Of a stretch of DNA of 62,124 nt, positions 1 to 6,813 are shown piece after piece (position 1 is the first letter of the stretch; every line of letters starts with the position of its first letter). The notes under the pieces were generated by a model. It searched no databases. It was not told the DNA's origin and saw only the letters and a program-made list of their open reading frames with translations. Made by a program: the position numbers and the translations under genes. Location: contig DATFXI010000294.1 in assembly GCA_035316085.1 (NCBI GenBank), forward strand, positions 1 to 62,124, given 5' to 3'. The DNA is from Candidatus Angelobacter sp. (GTDB lineage: Bacteria > Acidobacteriota > Terriglobia > Terriglobales > Acidobacteriaceae).

Positions 1-21
1 TCTACTACGGACCGTAGTAGA
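1..21. promoter_or_regulatory. Perfect inverted repeat TCTACTACGG-A-CCGTAGTAGA; candidate protein-binding site, function unknown
   Basis: The 10-nt arms are exact reverse complements. A related copy (ACTACGG-N4-TAGTAGA) lies at 3422..3440. It sits at the window edge, so its context is incomplete. Confidence 0.3.
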
Positions 22-259
22 AGCAACAGTCTCAAGGAAGGAGATTTTCGTTTCCAGAAGCGGCTCAGGCTGGACGACACAAAACCCGTCGCGATCTGAG
101 ATTAGAAAATTAAGCCTGCGTGCGGCTTTCGTTCATGAAATAACAATTTTTGGCAGCCAAGGACCTTCGCCGCTCAGCATCGGCTGGCCGTGATTGATTC
201 CGTTGCTGGTGAACAATGCTGCCGATAGGGCGGGCCTCCTGGTAGGAGAAATCACCTGG

Positions 260-288
260 AAAAAACCCGGGGCCTTGCGGCCCCGGGG
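260..288 (-). terminator. Rho-independent terminator of the 311..3313 gene
   Basis: Read on the minus strand: 9-bp GC stem (279..287 pairs with 266..274), loop of 4 nt, then a run of six T (A260..A265 on the plus strand). It starts 23 nt after the stop codon at 311. Confidence 0.8.
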
Positions 289-310
289 TTGGTTGAGTTC
301 TTTTGGCAGC

Positions 311-3300
311 CTACTGAACGTTCAGCGTGACATCGTCAATCACGAATGAAGTCTGCAGGCTGACGTCCTCCCTGCCCAAGAAGCGGATCCTAACCGTCTG
401 CCCCTTGAATTGGATCATGTTGAACGAGCGCAGTTGATAACCCGGCGCTTTGTTCAGGTTGGAGAACGTGCCCAGCGTCGCCAGCACCGTGGTGCCGGTG
501 GAGTTAAGCACCTGCACCTGCAGCGTATCGAACGCCGTGGTGGTGGTGGTTTCCGCCGAGTCGATGTGCAACCAGAAATTCAGCGTTGCAGTGGTAATGC
601 TTGCCGGGATGGTAACGGTCTGGACGGCGGAGTCGGTGTGCGTTGTGCCGTAGCCATCCAACCATGCGTCTCTGACTCCGCTGTGCGGAGGTTCGGCAGC
701 GGAAGAGTTGAGTACGCCAGCAGTCAGCGTCCATGGTGCCGCCGTCGCGTTCTCGAACCCGCCGTTCACGATGAGCTGTTGTGGCGCGTTCGAAGCCACC
801 GTCAGACTGATGGTTGTGCTATGGGTCAGCGCTCCCGAGGTGCCAGTGACCGTTACTGTTGCGGTTCCGACCGTCGCTGTGGCGCTGGCCGTAAAGGTCA
901 ACACACTGGTTGCGGTGGTCGGATTAGTCCCGAACGCGGCGGTCACCCCCGCCGGCAGCCCGGACGCCGAAAGAGTCACGCTACCGGTGAAACCACCGGA
1001 GGGCGTAACCGTGATGGTGCTGCTGCCGCTCGCGCCTTGGGTTACCGTCAAGCTGGCCGGAGAGGCCGACAGGGTGTAGTCCGGCACCGGTGCCGGATTC
1101 ACCACCAGCGTTACGTTGGCGGAATGCACCAGGCTTCCGCTGGTTCCGGTGATGGTTACCGTGTAGGTTCCAGCCGGGGTTGCACTAGTTGTGCTCACCG
1201 ACATCGTGGATGATCCCGACCCGGTCACTGATGCAGGACTGAAACTCGCGCTAGCGCCTGCGGGCAATCCGCTGGCGGCCAGACCAACCACTCCCGTGAA
1301 TCCCCCGGAGGCAGTAACGTTGGCGGTGTAGGAAGTGCTCCCGCCCGCGGTCACCGTCTGCGAAGCCGGAGTCGCCGATACGGCAAAGTCCGGAGCTACA
1401 GGCGCAGTCACTACTAGCGTCACCGAAGCCGTGTGTGTCGTCGTACCGCTGGTTCCGGTAATTGTCAATGGGAAGGTGCCGGTGGGCGTGGTGCTGGTGG
1501 TGGTCACGGTCAGCGTGGAGTTACCCGAAGTCAGCGGTGTTGGACTGAACGTACCGGTTGCGCCGGCTGGCAGTCCGCTCACCGTGAGGTCCACCGATCC
1601 GGTGAAACCACCCGTCGGCGTCACGGTAGCGGTGTACGTTGTGCTGTTACCTTGCGTGACCGATTGCGATGCCGGCGACGCAGAAACCGTATAGTCGGGG
1701 TTTCCGCAAGTGGTGAATTTGAAATTCGCGATGCGCGTGCTCCAGTTGAAGCTGCCGCTGGCTTTCAGATACTCGGTGGTGTACCAGAAAGTGCAATCGT
1801 CAACCGGATCCACGCTCAGGCTGCTGTAATCGCCCCAGCGGCTCAGGCCTCCGGTTTGGGAGCCCACGCCATCAGTGATGTCCACTTCGGTCCCCATAGT
1901 GCCGAGGGGATCGCCGGGGGCGCGACCCGTGAACCGAATGCCGGGACGCAGCGTGCTCGAAGAAATGCTATAGCCGACAGCGATGTTGCCGGCATGGTCC
2001 ATGGCTGCGCTGCCCATCCAGCGGAAGTTGGCGTCGGGAGCAAACGTGCCCTGCTGGAAAATGGTGGGCGAGCTGCCCGGGCTGCGGATTTCATACCAGC
2101 GGATGCCGGCGCTGCTGCCAGAAGTGATGGCGTGGTTCACCACCAACGCTTCGTGGTCGCCAAAATTGCGATAGGCCAGCCGGTACATCAGACGATCGGC
2201 CAGAGAATCAAGCCTCTGCGCAGTGCCAGGCTGCGGAATACAGGTGCCGCCGTTGCAAGCCGGCGAGAAGGCTGCAACCGGGATCGTGGTCGGCCCGCCC
2301 AGCGTCGCAGTGCCGTTCGTGAAGTTGGGATTGGAAATCGTGAATATGTCGAGCGAATTGGTGTTGAAGTCAACGAAATACTCCGGCGAGCCCGCCGGCG
2401 GAGGCGTACTGCCATCGAGATCAGCGGGCAGCACTCCGCCGAAACTCGTGCCCAACTGGAAGCAGATTTGCGTCGCCGCGGTGCCGGCCAGCATAGAAGC
2501 GCGGTCAAAGGCGCAAAGCTTCGGCCCGGCAAAAGTCTGGCCGTTGTTGAACACGTTGTAGGTAATGTAGTACGCGTTGTTCCAAACTCCCAGCTTGGGA
2601 TAGTCGATGAACTGCGTTGTCCCGTAGTTAAACGCGTACACATGATAGGAACCAGTTGCGTCCCCGGTCGCCGATACCGCCACGCACTGCCAGTATCCCT
2701 GCGTGCCGCCGCTCGTCACGGAGAATTGGGTCAGCACCCAGCGGTCGGCCGCTTTGTCGTACTGCGCGATGGGATCGCCGTCATTGTGCACGGCGCATGG
2801 GTGACTTGCGCCCAGCGCCTGAAACAGTGTGTTGCCCGCGGTCGGCCCAGCTAGCAGGACGCCCGTCTTGGAAAATACCGCGAAAGATTCGTTGACCCAC
2901 TGCACCACTTGCGTCGGCCCAACTGAGAGGTTGGTATCTGGTGGCGCGGAGTTGGGAGTGAATCCGTAGTCTCCCTGTCCGACTCCGGCAAAGTTGGTGA
3001 CGTTGCCGACCGTAGGCGCGGCGATGGCCACGCTCTGCAGCGCTGTGTCCACGTGTGGCGCGGGCGCAATTGGTACGCCCCTCCGCGGGAGCAGGCGAAG
3101 CGGCGGCGCTTCATGGCGTTCGCCTCGCACTGGCATCGGCGCCATATCGCGCAAAGGAATGGTGTGGGCATGTTCGCCTTTGATCCACTCCGGGATTGAT
3201 CTCCGGGCGGCCTGGTCGTTAGCCGGGGTTCGTGTTTGTGCCGCTACAAGGTTGGCCAGGGCCACGAGCAGAAAAATCATTGTGGCCTTGACTCTTATAC

Positions 3301-3313
3301 GGGGGAATCTCAT
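311..3313 (-). CDS. Large secreted protein: N-terminal globular (propeller-like?) region, three Ig-like Ser/Thr-rich repeats, C-terminal jelly-roll/CBM-like domain
   Basis: 1000-aa ORF with a signal peptide (MRFPRIRVKATMIFLLVALANLVAAQ). It has a WGDYSSLSVDP motif, three ~100-aa repeats and a C-terminal NGGFE...VIDDVTL domain, and is followed by a terminator. Confidence 0.85.
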   Translation of the reverse strand: MRFPRIRVKATMIFLLVALANLVAAQTRTPANDQAARRSIPEWIKGEHAHTIPLRDMAPMPVRGERHEAPPLRLLPRRGVPIAPAPHVDTALQSVAIAAPTVGNVTNFAGVGQGDYGFTPNSAPPDTNLSVGPTQVVQWVNESFAVFSKTGVLLAGPTAGNTLFQALGASHPCAVHNDGDPIAQYDKAADRWVLTQFSVTSGGTQGYWQCVAVSATGDATGSYHVYAFNYGTTQFIDYPKLGVWNNAYYITYNVFNNGQTFAGPKLCAFDRASMLAGTAATQICFQLGTSFGGVLPADLDGSTPPPAGSPEYFVDFNTNSLDIFTISNPNFTNGTATLGGPTTIPVAAFSPACNGGTCIPQPGTAQRLDSLADRLMYRLAYRNFGDHEALVVNHAITSGSSAGIRWYEIRSPGSSPTIFQQGTFAPDANFRWMGSAAMDHAGNIAVGYSISSSTLRPGIRFTGRAPGDPLGTMGTEVDITDGVGSQTGGLSRWGDYSSLSVDPVDDCTFWYTTEYLKASGSFNWSTRIANFKFTTCGNPDYTVSASPASQSVTQGNSTTYTATVTPTGGFTGSVDLTVSGLPAGATGTFSPTPLTSGNSTLTVTTTSTTPTGTFPLTITGTSGTTTHTASVTLVVTAPVAPDFAVSATPASQTVTAGGSTSYTANVTASGGFTGVVGLAASGLPAGASASFSPASVTGSGSSTMSVSTTSATPAGTYTVTITGTSGSLVHSANVTLVVNPAPVPDYTLSASPASLTVTQGASGSSTITVTPSGGFTGSVTLSASGLPAGVTAAFGTNPTTATSVLTFTASATATVGTATVTVTGTSGALTHSTTISLTVASNAPQQLIVNGGFENATAAPWTLTAGVLNSSAAEPPHSGVRDAWLDGYGTTHTDSAVQTVTIPASITTATLNFWLHIDSAETTTTTAFDTLQVQVLNSTGTTVLATLGTFSNLNKAPGYQLRSFNMIQFKGQTVRIRFLGREDVSLQTSFVIDDVTLNVQ
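788..1699 (-). repeat. Three tandem ~100-codon coding repeats (residues 539-640, 641-743, 744-842)
   Basis: Each unit starts PD[YF][TA][VL]SA[ST]PAS and contains GGFTG[SV]V.L..SGLPAG and T[VI]TGTSG...H[ST]..[VI][TS]L[VT]V. Confidence 0.8.
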
Positions 3314-3421
3314 TCGATGACCTCACTGTTTCAAATTGCGAACGGGCCCAAAACCGGGATTCAAAAAAACATATGAAGCCATCGTGAAAAAATGTCAGCG
3401 AAAAAAACCAGCTCTGGAGTG

Positions 3422-3440
3422 TACTACGGCCGCTAGTAGA
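3422..3440. promoter_or_regulatory. Palindromic motif TACTACGGCCGCTAGTAGA upstream of the secreted-protein gene; candidate operator
   Basis: It lies ~110 nt upstream of the start codon at 3313. It shares ACTACGG-N4-TAGTAGA with the perfect palindrome at 1..21. Confidence 0.3.
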
Positions 3441-3494
3441 TGCGGAAGAGTTTACGAACGCGTTACGCCTTGCAGGAACCCAATTTGGAACACT

Positions 3495-3526
3495 GCGGCG
3501 CCGTTGTCCACGCTATGCGGCGCCGC
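3495..3526 (-). terminator. Possible terminator hairpin after the E2 gene (end of the ubiquitin-like operon)
   Basis: GCGGCGCCG (3495..3503) pairs with CGGCGCCGC (3518..3526), a 9-bp GC stem with a 14-nt loop, 44 nt downstream of the stop at 3570. There is no clear U-tract. Confidence 0.25.
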
Positions 3527-3569
3527 GAAAGACTGAGCGTTATCAAAGCTGAGGAGGGGCTTACGGCGG

Positions 3570-4217
3570 CTACGAGATAACTATCTTTTGTGCCCAAGGA
3601 TCTTCGCCTGGCTCGGCAGCGACTGGTCGCGGTTCAACAGGCTGGGGCGCCTGAACCTGCGTTGCGACTTCCGGTGCCGGAACCGGCACGACGACTGCCG
3701 GCGCCGGAGCTGGCGCCGCGACTCCCGCTGCCGCAGCGGAAGCGCTGCCTTCCAGCGGCGGGGCCACTGGCCGCGGATCCACCGGCAACAGCTGGACGTT
3801 TTGTGCGGCCCACTTGGCGGCCAAGCCGTTGAGCGGGCTCTTGGTGTTGTATTCCTGGTAAGCGATCATGCGGCCGATGCGAATAATGAGGTCGTCAAGC
3901 GATTCGGACGCCGCCCAGAAATCGCCAATGCACACCGAACTATCATCAAAGTTTGGATGGAAGACGGGCGTGAGCATGCGGCACTGGGGCGCGCGCCGAG
4001 GATAGCCCAACGACAGATTGACCTCCAACAGATGCTCGTTGCGCTCCAGAATGGAGCCGTCGGCGGCAACGTACAGTCCGCGCAAGAAGTATTGGAAACG
4101 GTAAATCTCCGGCGGCATGCCAGCCGTGCCCGCGATGCGAATCAGAGGCCATCCGGCCAGGCGTTTAAGCAGTTGTTCGTGATCGAGTTTTAAACGGCGG
4201 ATTCGGGGCGGAAGCAT
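3570..4217 (-). CDS. UBC-fold E2-like ubiquitin-conjugating enzyme homolog with Pro/Ala-rich C-terminal tail
   Basis: Motif string L.L..GYPRRAP....LTPVFHPNFDDSSVCIGDFW...SL.DLI..I......N..SPLNGLAAKW matches the E2 core (YP..PP, HPN, catalytic Cys, SPLN..AA). I prefer the ATG at 4217, which is 4 nt after the DUF2752 stop; the track start at 4262 is TTG. Confidence 0.8.
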   Translation of the reverse strand: MLPPRIRRLKLDHEQLLKRLAGWPLIRIAGTAGMPPEIYRFQYFLRGLYVAADGSILERNEHLLEVNLSLGYPRRAPQCRMLTPVFHPNFDDSSVCIGDFWAASESLDDLIIRIGRMIAYQEYNTKSPLNGLAAKWAAQNVQLLPVDPRPVAPPLEGSASAAAAGVAAPAPAPAVVVPVPAPEVATQVQAPQPVEPRPVAAEPGEDPWAQKIVIS

Positions 4218-4221
4218 AGGC

Positions 4222-4617
4222 TCAAATCGTAAAGGCAATCCCAGCGTTGCGGACCACGACAAAAATTCCAGTCACCACCAACAGGACGGCAATGGCGCTC
4301 CAGTGCAAGCGAATCGGGGGCAGCCGGCGCTCCAGCATCACAGCAGAATACCAGTAAAGAAACCACGCCACCACGACCGGCGCTGCTAGCGTGACCAGGG
4401 CATTCATCCGAAAAGCTTCCCCCGGATTCCCGTGCAGCAACTGGTAAAGGGCGCGGGTGCCTCCGCAGCCGGGACACAGCAGGTGCGTCACTGCATAGAA
4501 AGGACACACCGGATAGAAGTGGTACTCCTGAGGCGGGAAGCTGTAAAGTACCGTGCCGCCGAGCAATGCGAGTCCCAGCACATAATTCGCGCGGCGTTGG
4601 AGACTTGTCAGTCTCAT
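4222..4617 (-). CDS. DUF2752-family membrane protein
   Basis: 131 aa with a CPFYAVTHLLCPGCGGTRA motif typical of DUF2752, plus 3-4 TM helices. It starts 2 nt after the upstream stop. Confidence 0.75.
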   Translation of the reverse strand: MRLTSLQRRANYVLGLALLGGTVLYSFPPQEYHFYPVCPFYAVTHLLCPGCGGTRALYQLLHGNPGEAFRMNALVTLAAPVVVAWFLYWYSAVMLERRLPPIRLHWSAIAVLLVVTGIFVVVRNAGIAFTI

Positions 4618-4619
4618 TC

Positions 4620-5393
4620 TTATCCCTGATATACCTGAGGAGCCAAATATCCAGTCTTCTTCCAGGCGGCGATGCGCGAGAGGTGGTGCTGGAAATAGAG
4701 GATGTTGAAGAAAAACGTCATCACTCCGCTCATACGCAGATTGATTGGCTCCACTGTGTTGTAGTACTCGACCATCGCATCCCGCAGTTTGAAGTTGCCG
4801 ATAATGTTCACCACTGCGCCTCCGAGCAACCCCAACCAGTAGAGCACGACCAGAAAGATGATCCCCGCCGGTGGTTCGTTCGACGACCTGCCGGCCGACG
4901 CCGCTGCCAGACCAATGACGCCCGCGTAGAAAATGATGATTGAACCAATCTGGATGGATAAACCTGTGATGATCAGCGTGAGGTGACTGCTATCCGGCTT
5001 GAGCTTTTTGACGAAGGCGGCTTCGATGAAAATCCATACCAAGTTGAACATGCCGCAGGAGACCATACCCAACAACAGCACCAAGGGCCATTGCAGGTCC
5101 GGGGGAACTGGGCCGGCAACGGCGGGCGCTGCCGCAGCGCCGTAGGCGAGCCCAGCGGCAGCGGGCGTGCCGCTGTAAACAGTTTCACCTGGCGAGGGCA
5201 TGGCCGCAGGCACAGAGGGAGGCGGTGGTGCAGGTAACTCGCCGATGACTTGCGAGACCGGCACCCAGTCCGTCATGCCTTCGCTCCGCGTCAGGTCGTT
5301 CTTGGAGATGTTGCCCTGGGCCACATAACGCTGAAGATCGCCCAGGGTATATGGGCCGTACTCGTTGAGATCGCGTTTGATGAAATATTTCAT
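4620..5393 (-). CDS. GYF_2-domain membrane protein (paralog A)
   Basis: N-terminus MKYFIKRDLNEYGPYTLGDLQRYVAQGNISKNDLTRSEGMTDWVPVSQVIG is a GYF_2/DUF4339 pattern. It is followed by a Pro/Ala linker, about 4 TM helices and a conserved tail YFQHHLSRIAAWKKTG. Confidence 0.8.
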   Translation of the reverse strand: MKYFIKRDLNEYGPYTLGDLQRYVAQGNISKNDLTRSEGMTDWVPVSQVIGELPAPPPPSVPAAMPSPGETVYSGTPAAAGLAYGAAAAPAVAGPVPPDLQWPLVLLLGMVSCGMFNLVWIFIEAAFVKKLKPDSSHLTLIITGLSIQIGSIIIFYAGVIGLAAASAGRSSNEPPAGIIFLVVLYWLGLLGGAVVNIIGNFKLRDAMVEYYNTVEPINLRMSGVMTFFFNILYFQHHLSRIAAWKKTGYLAPQVYQG

Positions 5394-5470
5394 CTAGGGC
5401 TTAGAACTCCTGTCTTCTTCCACCGGGCAATCCGGCTGAAGTGATATTGGAAATAAAGGACGTTACGTTC
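5390..5470 (-). pseudogene. Decayed 3' fragment of a third GYF-membrane paralog
   Basis: The minus-strand frame reads (stop)ERNVLYFQYHFSRIARWKKTGVLSPR(stop), matching the C-termini of both neighbours (FYFQHHFSRIARWKKTGVLAPQG). Its TGA overlaps the ATG of paralog A (ATGA). Confidence 0.65.
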
Positions 5471-5514
5471 TCACTGCGCCGGCGCCCGACGTAATATTGC
5501 AAAGCCTCATGCCC

Positions 5515-6204
5515 TCAGCCTTGCGGCGCCAGTACGCCGGTCTTCTTCCATCGAGCAATCCGCGAGAAATGATGTTGAAAATAAAAGACAGCGAAAAAGA
5601 ACGTCATTACGCCGCTCAGTTGCAGATAGATAGGTTCCACAGAATTGTAGTAGTCCTCAAGTTCACTACGCATGCTAAAGATCGCCACGATATGCAGCAC
5701 AATTCCCGCCAACCAAAATAACGCCCCAAGAGGATGCGTATCAGCATGCGTCACCCCACCACCCATAAAAGCGCTGGCGTAAGAGGCGACAACCGCCAAT
5801 ATCACCAGAACCAAACTCTTGGCCCCGGGCTTTATTTTCTGGATCCAGGCTGCTTCAACGATCAGCCAAGCACTCAAAAACAGCCCGCAAGTGACAACAC
5901 CTATCAGCAGTACCAGGCCCCAATGAAAGTCCGGCGGGACAGGGCCTGAGGCCATGGCCGGGGTGGCTGCCGCACCGTAGGACCCGGCTCCTGCGTACAC
6001 CGTTCCTCCAGCGGCGGGCATGGCCGGCGCCGTGACTGGCACCGGAATGTCGCCGATGACTTGCGAAACCGGCACCCAATCCGTCATACCCTCGCTGCGC
6101 GTCAGGTCAGACAGGGCGATGTTGCCCTGGGCCACGTAGCGCTGAAGCTCAGCCAGTGTGTACGGACCGTACTCATTTATCCCACGCTTGATGGAATATT
6201 TCAT
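5515..6204 (-). CDS. GYF_2-domain membrane protein (paralog B)
   Basis: 229 aa with N-terminus MKYSIKRGINEYGPYTLAELQRYVAQGNIALSDLTRSEGMTDWVPVSQVIG. Architecture and C-terminal tail are the same as paralog A. GGGAGAGGG lies directly upstream of the ATG. Confidence 0.8.
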   Translation of the reverse strand: MKYSIKRGINEYGPYTLAELQRYVAQGNIALSDLTRSEGMTDWVPVSQVIGDIPVPVTAPAMPAAGGTVYAGAGSYGAAATPAMASGPVPPDFHWGLVLLIGVVTCGLFLSAWLIVEAAWIQKIKPGAKSLVLVILAVVASYASAFMGGGVTHADTHPLGALFWLAGIVLHIVAIFSMRSELEDYYNSVEPIYLQLSGVMTFFFAVFYFQHHFSRIARWKKTGVLAPQG

Positions 6205-6225
6205 CCCTCTCCCTTTTGCTGGAAA

Positions 6226-6813
6226 TCAGCTGAACTGTATACCAGCACTATCTTTATCCACAACGCAAATCTCCACGATGGCCCAGATCCATGACACGAT
6301 GGCCAGGTAGAACACGGTCAGCACGCTGAGACACAGCTGGCCGACGGCACGGCCGGTGTATCCCGCGTAAAAGTTGTGGATCCCGAGCGCTCCCAGAAAA
6401 ACTCCCAACACAATGTAGGTGGTACGGCTCTTGGGCGCGCGTCCGGCCGCTGCGACCGGCTGAGCGTACGCTCCGCCTGTAGCAGCCGCCGCGGCTGGTT
6501 GTGCCGCCGGACTAGGCTGGTTGAGTCCCAGCGGCCCACTGTAAGGCGAGGGGTACTGCGGCATCGGAGTGACGGCGGGCTGTTGCACCGCGGCCACGGG
6601 TTGCTGCACCATAGCGGCGTTCAAGTCACTGTAAGAAACCTGAAGCTTAGGATCGTCCGCCGGCGCTTTCGCACAACCGAATACAGTGCAGCCGCCGTTT
6701 TCGTAGTAGCAATCTTCGTGGTGTGGCGTGCCGCAGGCGGTGCAGTAGATCTTCGCCGGACTCCGGTCGTCGAAGGGCATGCGGCAATAAGGACAGACAA
6801 TCGCCTCGGCCAT
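6226..6813 (-). CDS. Prokaryotic RING-like binuclear zinc finger fused to a TM2 membrane domain (candidate membrane E3)
   Basis: N-terminus CPYC-x13-CTAC-x2-HH-x2-C-x6-C-x4-C provides the 8 ligands needed for two Zn, plus an alternative adjacent His. A Pro/Ala/Gln linker follows. C-terminus YIVLGVFLGALGIHNFYAGY...WIWAIVEICVVDKDSAG matches the TM2 domain pattern. Its ATG overlaps the upstream stop (TAATG). Confidence 0.8.
   Translation of the reverse strand: MAEAIVCPYCRMPFDDRSPAKIYCTACGTPHHEDCYYENGGCTVFGCAKAPADDPKLQVSYSDLNAAMVQQPVAAVQQPAVTPMPQYPSPYSGPLGLNQPSPAAQPAAAAATGGAYAQPVAAAGRAPKSRTTYIVLGVFLGALGIHNFYAGYTGRAVGQLCLSVLTVFYLAIVSWIWAIVEICVVDKDSAGIQFS

Noticed and set aside
410-2854. Long plus-strand ORFs (410..1213, 708..1079, 1335..1694, 1433..2854) antisense to the secreted-protein gene
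   Set aside because: Their translations are Arg/Gly/Ala/Cys-rich and low in complexity, with no motifs. They lie entirely inside a well-supported minus-strand gene, which is typical of shadow ORFs in GC-rich DNA. The same reasoning applies to 8077..8991, 8994..10172, 24028..25230, 30276..31349, 36010..37095, 54752..55723, 60171..61001 and similar track entries.
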